Shown here one piece after another: positions 35,080 to 43,792 of a stretch of DNA of 43,792 nucleotides (positions are counted from its first letter, which is position 1; every line of letters begins with the position of its first letter). The position numbers were made by a program, and so were the translations under genes. Source of the DNA: an uncultured Acidobacteriota bacterium (GTDB lineage Bacteria; Acidobacteriota; Terriglobia; UBA7540; JAPUME01); contig CAZSDV010000003.1 of the NCBI GenBank assembly GCA_964605715.1, positions 19,175 to 62,966 on the forward strand, written 5' to 3'. Below the pieces are notes generated by a model. The model was not told the DNA's origin, made no database searches, and was given only the letters and a program-made list of their open reading frames with translations.

Positions 35080-35770
35080 AGCTCCCCTTCCTTAGATCCA
35101 GGATTGCCCAGCCACGCTTGATGGCGACCTTTTTTAATCGGCAATCAGGATTAACAGCTATAGGTTCGCCTACGGCTTCAAGCATTGGTAAATCGGAAGA
35201 ACTGTCAGAGTATGCTTTTGATTTTCTCATCTCGGCAGATGAAGCTTGGCAGGACTTTTGCATTGCCGTCACTTTTTCATTTTCCGCAATGAGTGGAGGT
35301 GCGATCTCACCTGTTGCAATACCGTCTTGATAAATCAGCTGGTTGCATATTACCTCATCAAAACCGAAGTATCGCACCACGGGTTCTAATGCGAAGTCGA
35401 GGGCTCCGCTGATGAGGACCGGGCGAAATCCATTTTTTCGGTCTGCATCAATTAAAGGTTTTGCTCCCAAATAAATTGTCGGGAGGATAACGTTTTCAAA
35501 AAGTGGCTCAGCTAGCTGTTGAAGGCAATCTTTTTCCATTCCTTGGTATTCACGGTAAAAAACCTTATTGAATAAACGTCGCGAATAAAGGTTCAGGCCT
35601 ATCCACAAGGGGATTTCCAAGACAAGCTTCGTGTACTTTAGGATTGCTCGGATCTTTGCAGGTTGATTTCTTACGAGATAGGCGCATCTTGTTACTACAT
35701 TTGAGGAGGCTAAAGTTCCATCAAAGTCGTAAAATGCTACCCGGTTGCGTTCGCTCATAATATGTTTCAT
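35063..35770 (-). CDS. HAD-IB family hydrolase (phosphoserine-phosphatase-like)
   Basis: ATG 35770 (MKHIMSERNRVAFYDFDGTL). Contains DxDGT motif I, ISGA, and a distal SDSSSDLPML. Its 3' end overlaps the next gene's start by 17 nt. Confidence 0.85.
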   Translation of the reverse strand: MKHIMSERNRVAFYDFDGTLASSNVVTRCAYLVRNQPAKIRAILKYTKLVLEIPLWIGLNLYSRRLFNKVFYREYQGMEKDCLQQLAEPLFENVILPTIYLGAKPLIDADRKNGFRPVLISGALDFALEPVVRYFGFDEVICNQLIYQDGIATGEIAPPLIAENEKVTAMQKSCQASSAEMRKSKAYSDSSSDLPMLEAVGEPIAVNPDCRLKKVAIKRGWAILDLRKGSYASNQ

Positions 35771-35786
35771 CTCGGTAAGATCGTTG

Positions 35787-36389
35787 CTAAGTTGGTTTAA
35801 GTAAATTGCGAAAGTTCTGCCGGTGCTGCCACGCAAGCAGCAAGATCATCAGGACAGCATTGGCGGCATGCTGTAAACCTGAAAGCCATAGTAGCAGCAC
35901 AGCGAAAGTAATCCAGGCGAAAAGTGAGCTAATCGCCCCGGCCTCTTTCCACCTCAGTTTGCTTCCTGCGATGCGTATTATGGCGAAAGCAGTCAAGGCA
36001 ATTCCAGCCAAACCTGGATAGAGAACCAGCATCACTCCACCCGAAGTTGCTACGCCCTTTCCTCCGTTAAATTTTAAGAAAGGGGAATAGCAATGCCCGA
36101 TTACTGCTGCAAACCCGTATAGCCATCCATAGTGAATGCTGTCACCAGGTTGGAGAAAACGCCAGAAGAACCATGAAGCCAAGAAGCCTTTTCCCATGTC
36201 TCCAATAAGCACGATGATTGCACGAGGCTTATTGACTCGCAGTACGTTATTAAATCCAGGATTTCCAGAGCCAACCTTACGAATGTCAATCCCTGAGGAT
36301 GCCATGGCGATTACTGCGAAAGGAATTGACCCGACAAAGAAACAGATTAGCAATTTAGGAACAATAGGTATTAAGGTTTCAAGCATCAT
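35787..36389 (-). CDS. plsY: glycerol-3-phosphate acyltransferase PlsY (acyl-phosphate dependent)
   Basis: 200 aa, multi-TM. GSGNPGFNNVLR and FKGGKGVATSGG are PlsY signatures. Confidence 0.9.
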   Translation of the reverse strand: MMLETLIPIVPKLLICFFVGSIPFAVIAMASSGIDIRKVGSGNPGFNNVLRVNKPRAIIVLIGDMGKGFLASWFFWRFLQPGDSIHYGWLYGFAAVIGHCYSPFLKFNGGKGVATSGGVMLVLYPGLAGIALTAFAIIRIAGSKLRWKEAGAISSLFAWITFAVLLLWLSGLQHAANAVLMILLLAWQHRQNFRNLLKPT

Positions 36390-36435
36390 TAATCTCCAGC
36401 AGGTTTGGCCTCAAATTTTAGAAATTTAAATTTTC

Positions 36436-39195
36436 TTAGTCATAAAGCTTGTAGATGGCTAATCGAATACGGTCCCGCAGAGGTGCTATTTCATTCGCTC
36501 TTCCATGGATCCTGGTTCCAAGGGTAATTCTGGTTTGCTGCTGGTTTGAGTGGCCAGATATGCATTTGATTGCGGCAGGTATCAAAGCATTTCCTGTCCC
36601 TACGGCAGCCTGGACGCTTTCCAGACGGAAGCGGCTTGCGAGTGGTGGAGTTCCTGTACGTCCATCAGCAAGAGCTAAAACAGAAATTTTCTCATAAAGA
36701 GCTCCTTGAATTCGCTGCCTAAGCATTCCACCCGGAGGTGTGTACACGTCTTTCAATGGTGCAATAATGAGTGGTTTCAGCAAAAAGGTGGCTGGCCACC
36801 GCAAGGACGTGAGCGCCGTTGCGTCCACAAGTTGAACGGGGGCTGGCAAGGAGGCAACCAAGGCGAGCGGGTCTAATTTGTCATCCCGGTTTACCATGAT
36901 GACAGCGGTTTTATGTGGAGCCATCGCACTTTTACATTCGAATTCGATTTTCCTTCCTAATACGCGTAAAAATACTTGTGCTGACCAACGGCCCATATAG
37001 GCTGCCTGACGACAAGGCAGCAAACGGATCAATATCCCACATAGCAGCGAAACCGTAAGAATTGTTACAGATCTGAAACCTGCAGCTATATTTTGGGTAG
37101 CTTTTTTTAGAAAACGACCAATCATGACATCAAAATTTTTTAGCCAGAGACGGATGATCTGCACCCAAGGAGCCCGCTTATTAATTTTGAGTTTTCCAGA
37201 TTCGTAGAGTGAACAGGTTTCGTTGCGGCGAATTTTTCCGCTTGAAGTCTTGGGGATACTCTGAGGTGCCACCAGAACCACTTTATCGGGAGGGATGCCT
37301 AGAATGCCATCAACCTGTTTTATGATTTCGCTCTCGATTCGTCGCAGCTCATCGGGAATATTGGAGCGGGTTTCTGCTGCGATGACCAGCTGCTCTGTTC
37401 CTGTGAAGGTGTCCATGGTGCCAAAGGCTGCTGTGCACCCCCGACGTACACCTGTAACTTCAGCTGCAGCCTCTTCCACATCCTGCGGGTTAATATTTCG
37501 ACCGGACTTGATGATGCAATCTTTGAGGCGCCCCGTGATATAAAGTTCCCCATCTGCTTGGTAAGCCAAATCGCCTGAATCCATCCATCCATCTTCAGTG
37601 AGGACACGTGCAGTTGCTTCCGGATTCCGGTAGTATCCTGAGGTTTTTGATGGACCACGGAATAGAAGTCGTCCCTGGATTCGTTCTGCCAACTCCTGCC
37701 CTTTCTCGTCCACGATTTTAACCTCATGATTGGGCATTGGTTTACCATTTGCAACGAAATGCATTCGGTTTGTATCTGCAGCTTTTACTTTTTCAGCACG
37801 ACCGTTTTTCTCAAAAATATCCCGGCGAATAGTGTCGATGACAGGGCGACGGTTAATAGGTGGAAAAGCTAGGGCAACGCTTGATTCTGCTAAACCGTAA
37901 CAAGGTACATAGCTCTCTGCGCGGAAACCAAATGCTTTGAAGCGCCTTTCAAATCTTGCAAGAGTACTTGGAAGTACGGTTTCTCCTGCATTGATCGCAA
38001 TGCGCCAAGAACTCAAGTCGAGTCCCTCAAGGGCAGAGTCAGGAATTTTCCGTGCACAAAGTTCGAACGAAAAATTGGGAGCTGGGCAGAGAGTTCCTTT
38101 TGAATCACTGAGAGCGTGAAGCCAGCGCTCGGGTCGACTAAGGAAAGCCAAAGGTGAAAGAACTGTAATTGGAAGGCCATAGTAAAGGCTAAAGAGCCAT
38201 GAGCCGATCAATCCCATGTCGTGGTAGAGAGGGAGCCATGTGACGACAATATCAGTTGGCCGAACCTGCACTGACCAGCCAATTCCACGCACGTTGGCGA
38301 GAATGTTTGAGTGAGTTAAAATAACCCCCTTTGGATCACCCGTGCTTCCAGAGGTGTATTGGATGAAGGCGGTTTCGGACGGATTAACCACGGGCGTCGG
38401 CAGTCCGGCGCCAGATTTAATCATGGCACTGACCGTAGTCACGTTAGCAAGACTTGGAATGCCAAGATTCATGATCTTTGAGACGGCCCGGGCCTGCTCA
38501 AAGCTAATGAGGAATCGTACCCTTGCATTGCGCAGTATAGCGACCTGCCGAGTGACATACTCTTCGATTTTGTCCGGACGAGCAGGGGGATAAATGGGTA
38601 CCGCGATACCACCAGCAAGCATTACACCGAAGAAAGCGTAGAAGAAATCAGAACAAGTGGGCAGCATGATTGCCACTGTTTCGTCTCTCTTGAGCCCTGC
38701 ATTGGTTAATCCTGCTGCGACCTGTGAAGCTGTGCTGAGTAGTTGGCCGTAAGAAATATCCTGACCGCCATGATCTTCAAGTAGATGAACATGTACCCGC
38801 TCTGGTTCGAGTTCAGCATATCGGTGGAGCACATCAATCATTGAGCAGGCGGAAGTAGGCTCCGGAGGAGCTGGGCGTAAGGGCTGGACGATGTGGTAGC
38901 AGGATTCGACGGGAGACTTTTTTTTAGGTTTGAGTAGTGCCTGTACCCATTCAGAAGGAGTCTCCGATTCCTGAGCAATGTGGTCTGGTAGGCGGATCTG
39001 GAAATGCGCTTCTATACGAACTAGCAGTTCCACGCGTTCAAGGCTCCCAAGGCTCAATTCTCGCTCAAGTGATGAATTGAGAGATAGTGATTCTACTGCC
39101 TGATGAGAACCTAATTCTTGCAGGAGCTCGCGGATGATTTCAAGTACTTGCTTTTCGACCGATACTATTTGAGATGGTGTTTTGAGTGTTAACAT
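36436..39195 (-). CDS. fusion protein: N-terminal carrier (PP-binding) domain, fatty acyl-AMP ligase / acyl-ACP synthetase domain, TM segment, and a lysophospholipid-acyltransferase-like domain
   Basis: 919 aa. The carrier domain has LSLGSLERVELL. The adenylation core has YTSGSTGDPKGV, YGLAES, SGDLAY and PKTSSGKIRR. After the TM helix (ILTVSLLCGILIRLL) the C terminus shows MVNRDDKLD (an NHxxxxD motif with R in place of H), LADGRTG (FPEGTR-like) and LIPAAI. Confidence 0.88.
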   Translation of the reverse strand: MLTLKTPSQIVSVEKQVLEIIRELLQELGSHQAVESLSLNSSLERELSLGSLERVELLVRIEAHFQIRLPDHIAQESETPSEWVQALLKPKKKSPVESCYHIVQPLRPAPPEPTSACSMIDVLHRYAELEPERVHVHLLEDHGGQDISYGQLLSTASQVAAGLTNAGLKRDETVAIMLPTCSDFFYAFFGVMLAGGIAVPIYPPARPDKIEEYVTRQVAILRNARVRFLISFEQARAVSKIMNLGIPSLANVTTVSAMIKSGAGLPTPVVNPSETAFIQYTSGSTGDPKGVILTHSNILANVRGIGWSVQVRPTDIVVTWLPLYHDMGLIGSWLFSLYYGLPITVLSPLAFLSRPERWLHALSDSKGTLCPAPNFSFELCARKIPDSALEGLDLSSWRIAINAGETVLPSTLARFERRFKAFGFRAESYVPCYGLAESSVALAFPPINRRPVIDTIRRDIFEKNGRAEKVKAADTNRMHFVANGKPMPNHEVKIVDEKGQELAERIQGRLLFRGPSKTSGYYRNPEATARVLTEDGWMDSGDLAYQADGELYITGRLKDCIIKSGRNINPQDVEEAAAEVTGVRRGCTAAFGTMDTFTGTEQLVIAAETRSNIPDELRRIESEIIKQVDGILGIPPDKVVLVAPQSIPKTSSGKIRRNETCSLYESGKLKINKRAPWVQIIRLWLKNFDVMIGRFLKKATQNIAAGFRSVTILTVSLLCGILIRLLPCRQAAYMGRWSAQVFLRVLGRKIEFECKSAMAPHKTAVIMVNRDDKLDPLALVASLPAPVQLVDATALTSLRWPATFLLKPLIIAPLKDVYTPPGGMLRQRIQGALYEKISVLALADGRTGTPPLASRFRLESVQAAVGTGNALIPAAIKCISGHSNQQQTRITLGTRIHGRANEIAPLRDRIRLAIYKLYD

Positions 39196-39261
39196 GGAAA
39201 TGTTTCGTCGGCCTCGTTTTATATTGAGTCACTCGCCAGCGGCCATTTCTACGAAACTAGT

Positions 39262-40860
39262 TTATATCTTAAATGACCAACCTTTAACTACTTCCGGTTG
39301 AACCCATTTTTCGATGCCTTGGATTTGATTATGAGTCCAATATTCAGCCCAATCGATTTGTTCCGGTTCCCAGGGAATCAGAACCTTGTCTTCGACGGAG
39401 ATCATTGAGTAGGCTGCCCGAATGTTTTCCGATTCGAAAACGTAGCGATTATGCAGGATAAAAGGAAGATATTGATCTAGAGTTTGCTCCCGAAACGCCG
39501 CCTGCAGTTCTTGGATTCTCAAGCTCGCTGACCAGCGAGAAAATATCTTTTCCCGGTCTACTCCGAAAGATTTGAGAGCTTCCTTTAGCCGGGCAATTAG
39601 TGTGCGGGTACACCGGATCCTGTTCTGAAGGCGCACGCGTGTGGAACGAGCTTGATCAGGGGTGATGAAACGAATCCTGCCTCTCGATTTAGCCGTAGCC
39701 GGTCCTAATTTTCTCTCCCAGTGATTTAATTTTTTATTTTGTGCTTCTCTATCCAATAGCTTTATTAATGGTTTGATCCAGAGAGGATTGACGTCAGCCG
39801 TACCGAGCTGGTAAACCGACTGGTGTTTTCCCTCCAGGAGCAAGGCTCCAGCTGCGAGAATTGCTGAAGCCACTAGGTCTACCGGTACAACCTCAAGTGG
39901 TGCATCTTCATTTACCGGCCAGTTTTTGAGTCCCCCTAAGGCCATTAGAACCAGAGGAGCTGAGGTACGCCCTCCTTCGATCCATCCAGGGAAGGGAAAT
40001 TGCAGGGCGCTCTCGATGATAGCAGGGCGGACGATAGCCCAATCTAGATTCTCTTGGGCCGCGAGTACCTGCTCTCCAAGACTTTTCGTATAGGTGTAGG
40101 TGTTTACCCATCCCCAGCGCTCTGCCCGTTTTCGGCCCAAATCGGAAAGCCTTTGGGTAATTTTTCTGGGACGGGCCTCGCCACTAGTAGTGCTGCTCAA
40201 TCCAGCGGACTCGTAAATTTGCTGAACTAAATTGCGACAAACTTCAATTTCTGAGGTATGCGAGAAGGTTTTTTCTTTTGGATCTATGCGACGAGGATAG
40301 AAGCCTAAAATTGGGTCGGTTTCTTCAATTAAACCGTCACTTTCTCCGCAGACATAACAGGTTGACACATGGAGGAGCTTAGCGCCAATTTGCTTTGCAA
40401 TTTCTGCCACATGATCGATCCCGTACACGTTTGAGTTAAGGGATTCGTCAATTGGAGGGAAAAAGTCCACTTTTCCGGCGCAGTTCACAATGAGACCTAC
40501 GCGACCGACTAGCTGTTCCAGAGATTTTGGCCCTAAATTGCACTGTGGTTTGCTGATATCGCCAGGCCAGACTGTGATTTTCTTTTGAATGCAATCCTTG
40601 CCATGTTTTTCAATGACGGGAGCCAGGGCAGGGGAGTTAAGAATTTCTCTCGTGAACCGTCCCTGAGGTGAAAGGCTGTGTTGCGGACGAAGTAGGATAT
40701 GAAGATGCTTTATTTCAGGGAAGCGGTCCAGCAAAAGTCCCAGTACTACCTTGCCGAGGAACCCATTTCCACCAGTCAGAAGAATTTCATGTTCCTTGAA
40801 AATCTTACAAATCTTTATCACGAATAAACCTCTTGGCCGTTCTGGAGAGTTTGGTTGCAC
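39262..40860 (-). CDS. fatty acyl-CoA/ACP reductase (NAD_binding_4, 'male sterility' type)
   Basis: 532 aa with a GTG start. LLTGGNGFLGKVVL, NTYTYTKSLGE (YxxxK), and a long C-terminal FAR-type domain. Confidence 0.88.
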   Translation of the reverse strand: MQPNSPERPRGLFVIKICKIFKEHEILLTGGNGFLGKVVLGLLLDRFPEIKHLHILLRPQHSLSPQGRFTREILNSPALAPVIEKHGKDCIQKKITVWPGDISKPQCNLGPKSLEQLVGRVGLIVNCAGKVDFFPPIDESLNSNVYGIDHVAEIAKQIGAKLLHVSTCYVCGESDGLIEETDPILGFYPRRIDPKEKTFSHTSEIEVCRNLVQQIYESAGLSSTTSGEARPRKITQRLSDLGRKRAERWGWVNTYTYTKSLGEQVLAAQENLDWAIVRPAIIESALQFPFPGWIEGGRTSAPLVLMALGGLKNWPVNEDAPLEVVPVDLVASAILAAGALLLEGKHQSVYQLGTADVNPLWIKPLIKLLDREAQNKKLNHWERKLGPATAKSRGRIRFITPDQARSTRVRLQNRIRCTRTLIARLKEALKSFGVDREKIFSRWSASLRIQELQAAFREQTLDQYLPFILHNRYVFESENIRAAYSMISVEDKVLIPWEPEQIDWAEYWTHNQIQGIEKWVQPEVVKGWSFKI

Positions 40861-41067
40861 AAGGCACTACTTACAGATTTTAAGTACCAAACTAGATAAG
40901 TGCCGTGCTGATTCTCCTGATACTACAATCGTATTTAGGACACGTTAGCGGGCGAAGGAACCCAATGTCAAGGTTGGGGCTTCTAAGCCTTTTACCTGGT
41001 GGGGTTGGACGTACAGAGTCACCAGTGGTAAAAATAAGGGGGAAAAATTTCAACAAGGAATTTAGCA

Positions 41068-41850
41068 TTGAAACCCATTGCACTTACTGTTGCCGGTTCG
41101 GATCCGTCGGGCGGGGCTGGCATTCAGGCGGATCTTAAAACTTTCCACCAGGTTAGCGTTTACGGGATGAGCGTCATAACCCTGGTTACTGTCCAGAATA
41201 CTCAGTGTGTAAGTGTAGTAGAGCCCCTTCCCGCTGAATTGGTAGGCAAGCAACTTGATGCTCTAATTGAGGATATTCCACCCCATGCAGCTAAGACGGG
41301 TGCCCTGGGAACAGCAGAAATCATTGAAGAGATCGCGGAACATGCGCAGAAATTTTCCTTCCCTTTAGTCGTGGATCCGGTGATGCTTAGCAAGGATGAG
41401 ACTGAATTAATGGTTCCTTCAGCCAGGAAGATTTTCATCAAACGGCTTTTGCCGCAGGCATTTCTCATAACACCGAACTTGGACGAAGCAGCAATCTTAG
41501 CTGGAATAGCGGTTAACGATGAACTGTCAATGCAGGAATCAGCTCGAAGGATTGCGGATTTGGGTCCCAGAGCTGTGCTGGTTAAGGGAGGGCATTTGGA
41601 GGGAAAAGCCCTAGATCTACTTTTCCATCAGGGCAAGTTTCAGAGATTTATAGCACATCGAGAAACTACGGCCCATATGCACGGAACTGGATGTACCCAT
41701 TCAGCTGCCATTACAGCGGGATTAGCTCATGGCAAGAACCTAGAAGCCGCTGTGCGCTCGGCAAAACAGTTTATCTCTCGGGCAATTATTGAAAACCCAG
41801 GTCTCGGTCACGGAATAGGGCCGGTAAATCACCACGCAAAAATCAAATGA
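41068..41850 (+). CDS. thiD: hydroxymethylpyrimidine/phosphomethylpyrimidine kinase
   Basis: TTG start follows AAGGAA. Contains LTVAGSDPSGGAGIQADLKTF, VVDPVM, LITPNLDEA, VKGGH and GTGCTHSAAITAGLA. Confidence 0.92.
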   Translation: MKPIALTVAGSDPSGGAGIQADLKTFHQVSVYGMSVITLVTVQNTQCVSVVEPLPAELVGKQLDALIEDIPPHAAKTGALGTAEIIEEIAEHAQKFSFPLVVDPVMLSKDETELMVPSARKIFIKRLLPQAFLITPNLDEAAILAGIAVNDELSMQESARRIADLGPRAVLVKGGHLEGKALDLLFHQGKFQRFIAHRETTAHMHGTGCTHSAAITAGLAHGKNLEAAVRSAKQFISRAIIENPGLGHGIGPVNHHAKIK

Positions 41851-42118
41851 GGTCCATTCTCAGAATTAAAGGTTTGTAGTTTATTAGACTCATTGATGCC
41901 AGCTGTTTCAGTCCAACAAGCTTCTATTGGGAATTATATTTTTTCCAAAATCTCCCTTTGGGCATATTTAAAAAAGGGTTTTTGGAGGAAGGATTTTTCT
42001 ATTCCTTTTTAGCACCGTTACCCAGAGAACAATTTTGTGTATCCAAAAAAAGAAGACCTTTCATTTTCGGATACCCTCCTGAAGCGATTGTCTCTTTCTC
42101 AGGAGAAGAAAGTTTTTC

Positions 42119-42139
42119 AAGCCGAGGGCGGCTTATTTT
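42119..42139 (+). terminator. orphan intrinsic-terminator-like hairpin in the thiD-tRNA spacer
   Basis: AAGCCG(42119-42124)-AGGG-CGGCTT(42129-42134) followed by ATTTT(C), about 270 nt after the thiD stop and about 115 nt before the tRNA. Confidence 0.4.
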
Positions 42140-42252
42140 CAGTGTGAAAAAAGGAGGGTGTCTGGCCATGATTATTTTTTCCATATTTTTCGGTAAGAAG
42201 AATGGGTCTAGGTGGTGAAAGAATGTTTGTTGTATGCTGAAGGAGTCTTTCC

Positions 42253-42328
<76 letters not shown>

Positions 42329-42577
42329 AATATCTTTTGTGACTCGCATGAGATCTTCCTCTTTACTGACTTCCCTTCGCTGGCTCTCTCTATTTTCACT
42401 GGTTTTAAACCTTACCTTAATCGGTCACCTGTAGATCATTAAATTTAAAAATACCTTCCATTTAGCTTTTCCTCCCCTACCGAAATCAAGTTTCCCATTG
42501 GGACCTGAAATCACGGTGACCTGCTCTGACATTGTCCATTTTGAGATATTAATAATTGATTGTAAAAAATTAAATAT

Positions 42578-43522
42578 TTGTACTATCATACATTTGTGAA
42601 AGCAATTGACCCTGTAAACATTGCGGTTGACAAGAACTCAATTCTAAAAATGTTAAATGGTCCCAAACCGAGCTCAAAGTTACGGTCGCAATTACGAGTT
42701 CATTACATTGATAGCGGAGGGATTGTAACGAGGCGTGAGTGGAGAGCTATCTATGTGTCTCATGTTTCGCACTGGCTAGGTGGATATGTTGAGGAATGGA
42801 TACAAACGGGTCTTAGAAAAGATGGCAGTGAACGGCCAAAGGATAAAAATCTATGGCGAACTAAAGATGCACTACCCGCAGTACAGGAATATCTAAAAGA
42901 TTACGCTGCTAGTGTTTCCGTGTCCCATGATTCTTCCGGTTTGGATATAACTATCAGTAAGTTTCCTGAGGCCGGTCTTCCTCTTTCCACGGAAGGACGA
43001 GGTAATCTCAGAGACCTACTTGTCGTAGGTAGCCTCCTGATTAAGGAACTTGACCGAGTAACTCGCAAGGAGGCGGATCGTCTCCTTACGAACATAATTG
43101 CCAGCCCTTGGCAGCTGTCTCTTTGTAAGTGCCGGTACGAACCGTGCGGGAAGTACTTCCTCCACAAGAAACCCCAGACATCTTACAGGCATGGAGCTTT
43201 TTGCAGCAGGGAACACCAAAACCGTGCAAGTGCAAGAAGGCTGACAAAGGAATGGAGAACCAGAGGGATTCAGAGATTGATAAATCAGGCAGCGGAGGGG
43301 CTCCTGAAGTGGAAAAGTGGTCCCAAATGGACCAGGGATATCAATCTGAAGAGGAGGCTCGCTAGGGCCCTGACCAAACTCAATGAGACCAGAAGTTTTA
43401 AAGGCAAATCTAATGGCACGGTCTCGGACCAAGTAACGATGAATTGGGTGACTCGAAACCGAAAGGGAATCGAAAAAGCTCGGAAGAGGAAGAGTTGGCC
43501 GAAGTTAAAAAATCAGGAATAG
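42578..43522 (+). CDS. hypothetical protein with a C-terminal FCS/TRASH-like Cys motif and a basic tail
   Basis: 314-aa ORF in the AT-rich region after the tRNA (TTG 42578; alternative ATG 42650). CKCRYEPCGKYF-x17-FCSREHQ resembles a C-x4-C...FCS zinc-binding motif. I recognise no family. Confidence 0.45.
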   Translation: MYYHTFVKAIDPVNIAVDKNSILKMLNGPKPSSKLRSQLRVHYIDSGGIVTRREWRAIYVSHVSHWLGGYVEEWIQTGLRKDGSERPKDKNLWRTKDALPAVQEYLKDYAASVSVSHDSSGLDITISKFPEAGLPLSTEGRGNLRDLLVVGSLLIKELDRVTRKEADRLLTNIIASPWQLSLCKCRYEPCGKYFLHKKPQTSYRHGAFCSREHQNRASARRLTKEWRTRGIQRLINQAAEGLLKWKSGPKWTRDINLKRRLARALTKLNETRSFKGKSNGTVSDQVTMNWVTRNRKGIEKARKRKSWPKLKNQE

Positions 43523-43618
43523 CCAAGATGCGCCTGAGATGCTCGGGTGGGGCTGGCTTAAGGGTTTGTACCCTCATCCTGTGCTGGGAAGCTAAAGAGA
43601 AAACACAAGGAGCCAATA

Positions 43619-43762
43619 ATGAAAACCTTTGGATACGTATTCGTATTCTGCATTGCACTGGTAGTGGCGATGTTGGGTGCTGATTTATTTTTAGACCAAC
43701 TGGAAGCAAAAGTTACATTTGTTTCGGTTACAGTGATTCTTTTTGGATTGGCAATAAGTTAG
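43619..43762 (+). CDS. possible 47-aa small membrane protein
   Basis: The ATG is preceded by AAGGAG at a 6-nt spacing. Product MKTFGYVFVFCIALVVAMLGADLFLDQLEAKVTFVSVTVILFGLAIS has two hydrophobic helices. It is below the size cutoff of the ORF track. Confidence 0.35.
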   Translation: MKTFGYVFVFCIALVVAMLGADLFLDQLEAKVTFVSVTVILFGLAIS

Positions 43763-43792
43763 GGTAGCGAAAAAATTCCTCACTAAGGGACC

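Noticed and set aside
40861-41067. A possible TPP riboswitch upstream of thiD, and alternative hairpins GGCACT...AGTGCC / TACTTA...TAAGTA (about 40863-40904)
   Set aside because: No thi-box elements are present (no CUGAGA and no ACCUGAUCUGGAUAAUGCCAGCG-like segment). The hairpins are short and AT-rich with no clear function.

Overview
43.8-kb bacterial chromosomal window of about 50% GC. It is mostly conserved housekeeping and metabolic genes, with no rRNA, CRISPR array, transposase or integrase visible. Layout, left to right: a MacB/FtsX-type ABC transporter whose ATPase is fused to a DtxR-like metal-sensor domain; trxB; DoxX, an O-methyltransferase and an MBL-fold hydrolase; the rimP-nusA-infB-DUF503-rbfA-truB operon plus an Xaa-Pro aminopeptidase; an ICMT-like membrane protein; a large FG-GAP/UnbV-ASPIC/TlpA protein split by one in-frame TGA; a DksA/TraR zinc finger; a ferredoxin; an enolase-superfamily dehydratase; a diheme cytochrome c plus a PQQ alcohol dehydrogenase; a PCYCGC-motif protein (also interrupted by an in-frame TGA) upstream of a Cu-type P1B ATPase; a secreted hydrolase; a cytochrome c; an SDR; an 8-9 gene glycerolipid cluster; thiD; a tRNA(CAU); and an AT-rich tail with orphan ORFs. 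There are two main leads. First, both in-frame TGA codons are followed by hairpins of the same SECIS-like geometry (apical GUC at +22..+24), which predicts two unlisted selenoproteins. One of them has a UxxC motif and is encoded next to the copper exporter. Second, a tightly packed minus-strand operon looks like a dedicated ether or other unusual glycerolipid assembly line. It encodes a fatty acyl reductase, a carrier-FAAL-acyltransferase-like fusion, PlsY, a HAD-IB hydrolase, a LarA-like protein, an epimerase and a lipid kinase, and it converges on a CDP-alcohol phosphatidyltransferase. All family assignments come from reading motifs in the translations; no database search was run.
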